DNA from: Guillardia theta CCMP2712
Lineage: Eukaryota; Protista; Cryptophyta
Reading direction: 5' to 3'
Assembly (NCBI RefSeq): GCF_000315625.1
Contig: NW_005434595.1
Location: forward strand, 235,826 to 299,825
DNA: 64,000 bases
In this document: positions 63,205 to 64,000 of the stretch, piece by piece
How the letters are laid out: each line of letters begins with the position of its first letter
How positions within the stretch are numbered: the first letter of the stretch is position 1
Notes under the pieces: model-generated
Database searches by the model: none
Told to the model about the DNA's origin: nothing
The model's input: the letters and a program-made list of their open reading frames with translations, nothing else
Position numbers and translations under genes: made by a program

Positions 63205-64000
63205 ATGGTGAAAGAAGAGAAGTCGTTCGTTGCTCCACCCTCGCCATTGCAGGATTGCTGGCCTCGATGCAGGAGAGGCCACAACGTCTGTACCTCCCTC
63301 TTGGATCGTGAATGCGGAGGGAGGTCTCTGAGATCATTCAAACAATTCCCTCAAAGCATGGTCACCCGGCTGGACAAGGAGTACGACTCGATCCCAGGGT
63401 TGGTTGCTTCTCTGAATGACGCATATGTTGCCGGAGACGTGGGACGGCTGAAAGAATTGTTGAAGAGAGCGTGGAGAAATGTCATTGCGTATGAAAGCGA
63501 ATCGAACATGCAGAGAGATAATTTCATCGTTTACGGGGGTTCTAATGTGTTGATTCGCATTCTTTTCCTTCCTTTCGACTTGATTGGAGCAAGAAACAGT
63601 GGATGGAGGGGCCAAGTTGTTGAACACGATCTATGGGAACTGAAGAAGCCTTGCATTCAATTGCTGAAGGAACTTTGCTACTTCACGCCATTTTTGGCTG
63701 AAGAACTTGGAAATTCGACAAAGCTGATTGTGCAGCTCTTCACTCTCATGAAAAACCGATCGATATTCGAGGACGTGATTACTCTCACTGAAGATATCAT
63801 AGCTTGTTCGAGAGAGATCTTCAATCTTGCCCTTGTACCTGATTTCGAAGGACTGCTGAATTCCTATTCGAAAAGACAGCTTGCTTGCTTCTGCCGCATT
63901 CTTGCTCTTGTTGTTTTCGAAACAGAAGATAGAACAAATGACGATTGCAAGGTTGTGAATGCTGCAGATCTGTTAACAATCCGACGAGAACAAGCACTTT
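63205..64000 (+). CDS. TRPC4AP: TRPC4-associated protein (TRUSS)-like, 5' part; runs off the window, so absent from the ORF track
   Basis: Open frame from ATG 63205 to the window end: ...CIQLLKELCYFTPFLAEEL...LIVQLFTLMKNRSIFEDVITLTEDII...IFNLALVPDFEGLLNSYSKRQLACFCRILALVVFE. This resembles the QLAxFCRILA region of TRPC4AP. Confidence 0.75.
   Translation, partial: MVKEEKSFVAPPSPLQDCWPRCRRGHNVCTSLLDRECGGRSLRSFKQFPQSMVTRLDKEYDSIPGLVASLNDAYVAGDVGRLKELLKRAWRNVIAYESESNMQRDNFIVYGGSNVLIRILFLPFDLIGARNSGWRGQVVEHDLWELKKPCIQLLKELCYFTPFLAEELGNSTKLIVQLFTLMKNRSIFEDVITLTEDIIACSREIFNLALVPDFEGLLNSYSKRQLACFCRILALVVFETEDRTNDDCKVVNAADLLTIRREQAL

Overview
Eukaryotic nuclear DNA with many short (~45-60 nt) spliceosomal introns. 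The style suggests a cryptophyte alga such as Guillardia theta, but that is an inference. Manual splicing gives ten genes in strictly alternating orientation: hypothetical(-), SAPS/PP6 regulator(+), small hypothetical(-), eEFSec(+), PEX11(-), a giant repeat protein(+), CFAP251/WDR66(-), a SMARCAL1-like helicase(+), a CS-ankyrin-TPR protein(-) and a TRPC4AP-like gene(+, truncated by the window edge). Main find: the 550, 8255 and 2878 aa ORFs plus four small 5' exons join through six canonical introns into one 35,244-nt CDS. It encodes an 11,747-aa protein with a signal peptide, built of about 80 copies of a ~145-aa beta-rich module I do not recognise. The gene has a 24.7-kb exon, super-repeat structure and a very recent 1755-bp tandem amplification. 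Two further signals: (1) a signal peptide followed by a ubiquitin-tail-like (L/I)RGG motif on two otherwise nucleo-cytosolic proteins; (2) CCGG/GACTC and GGGT/ACCC motif mosaics confined to head-to-head spacers, with a dead duplicate of the PEX11 5' end showing such motifs being inserted.
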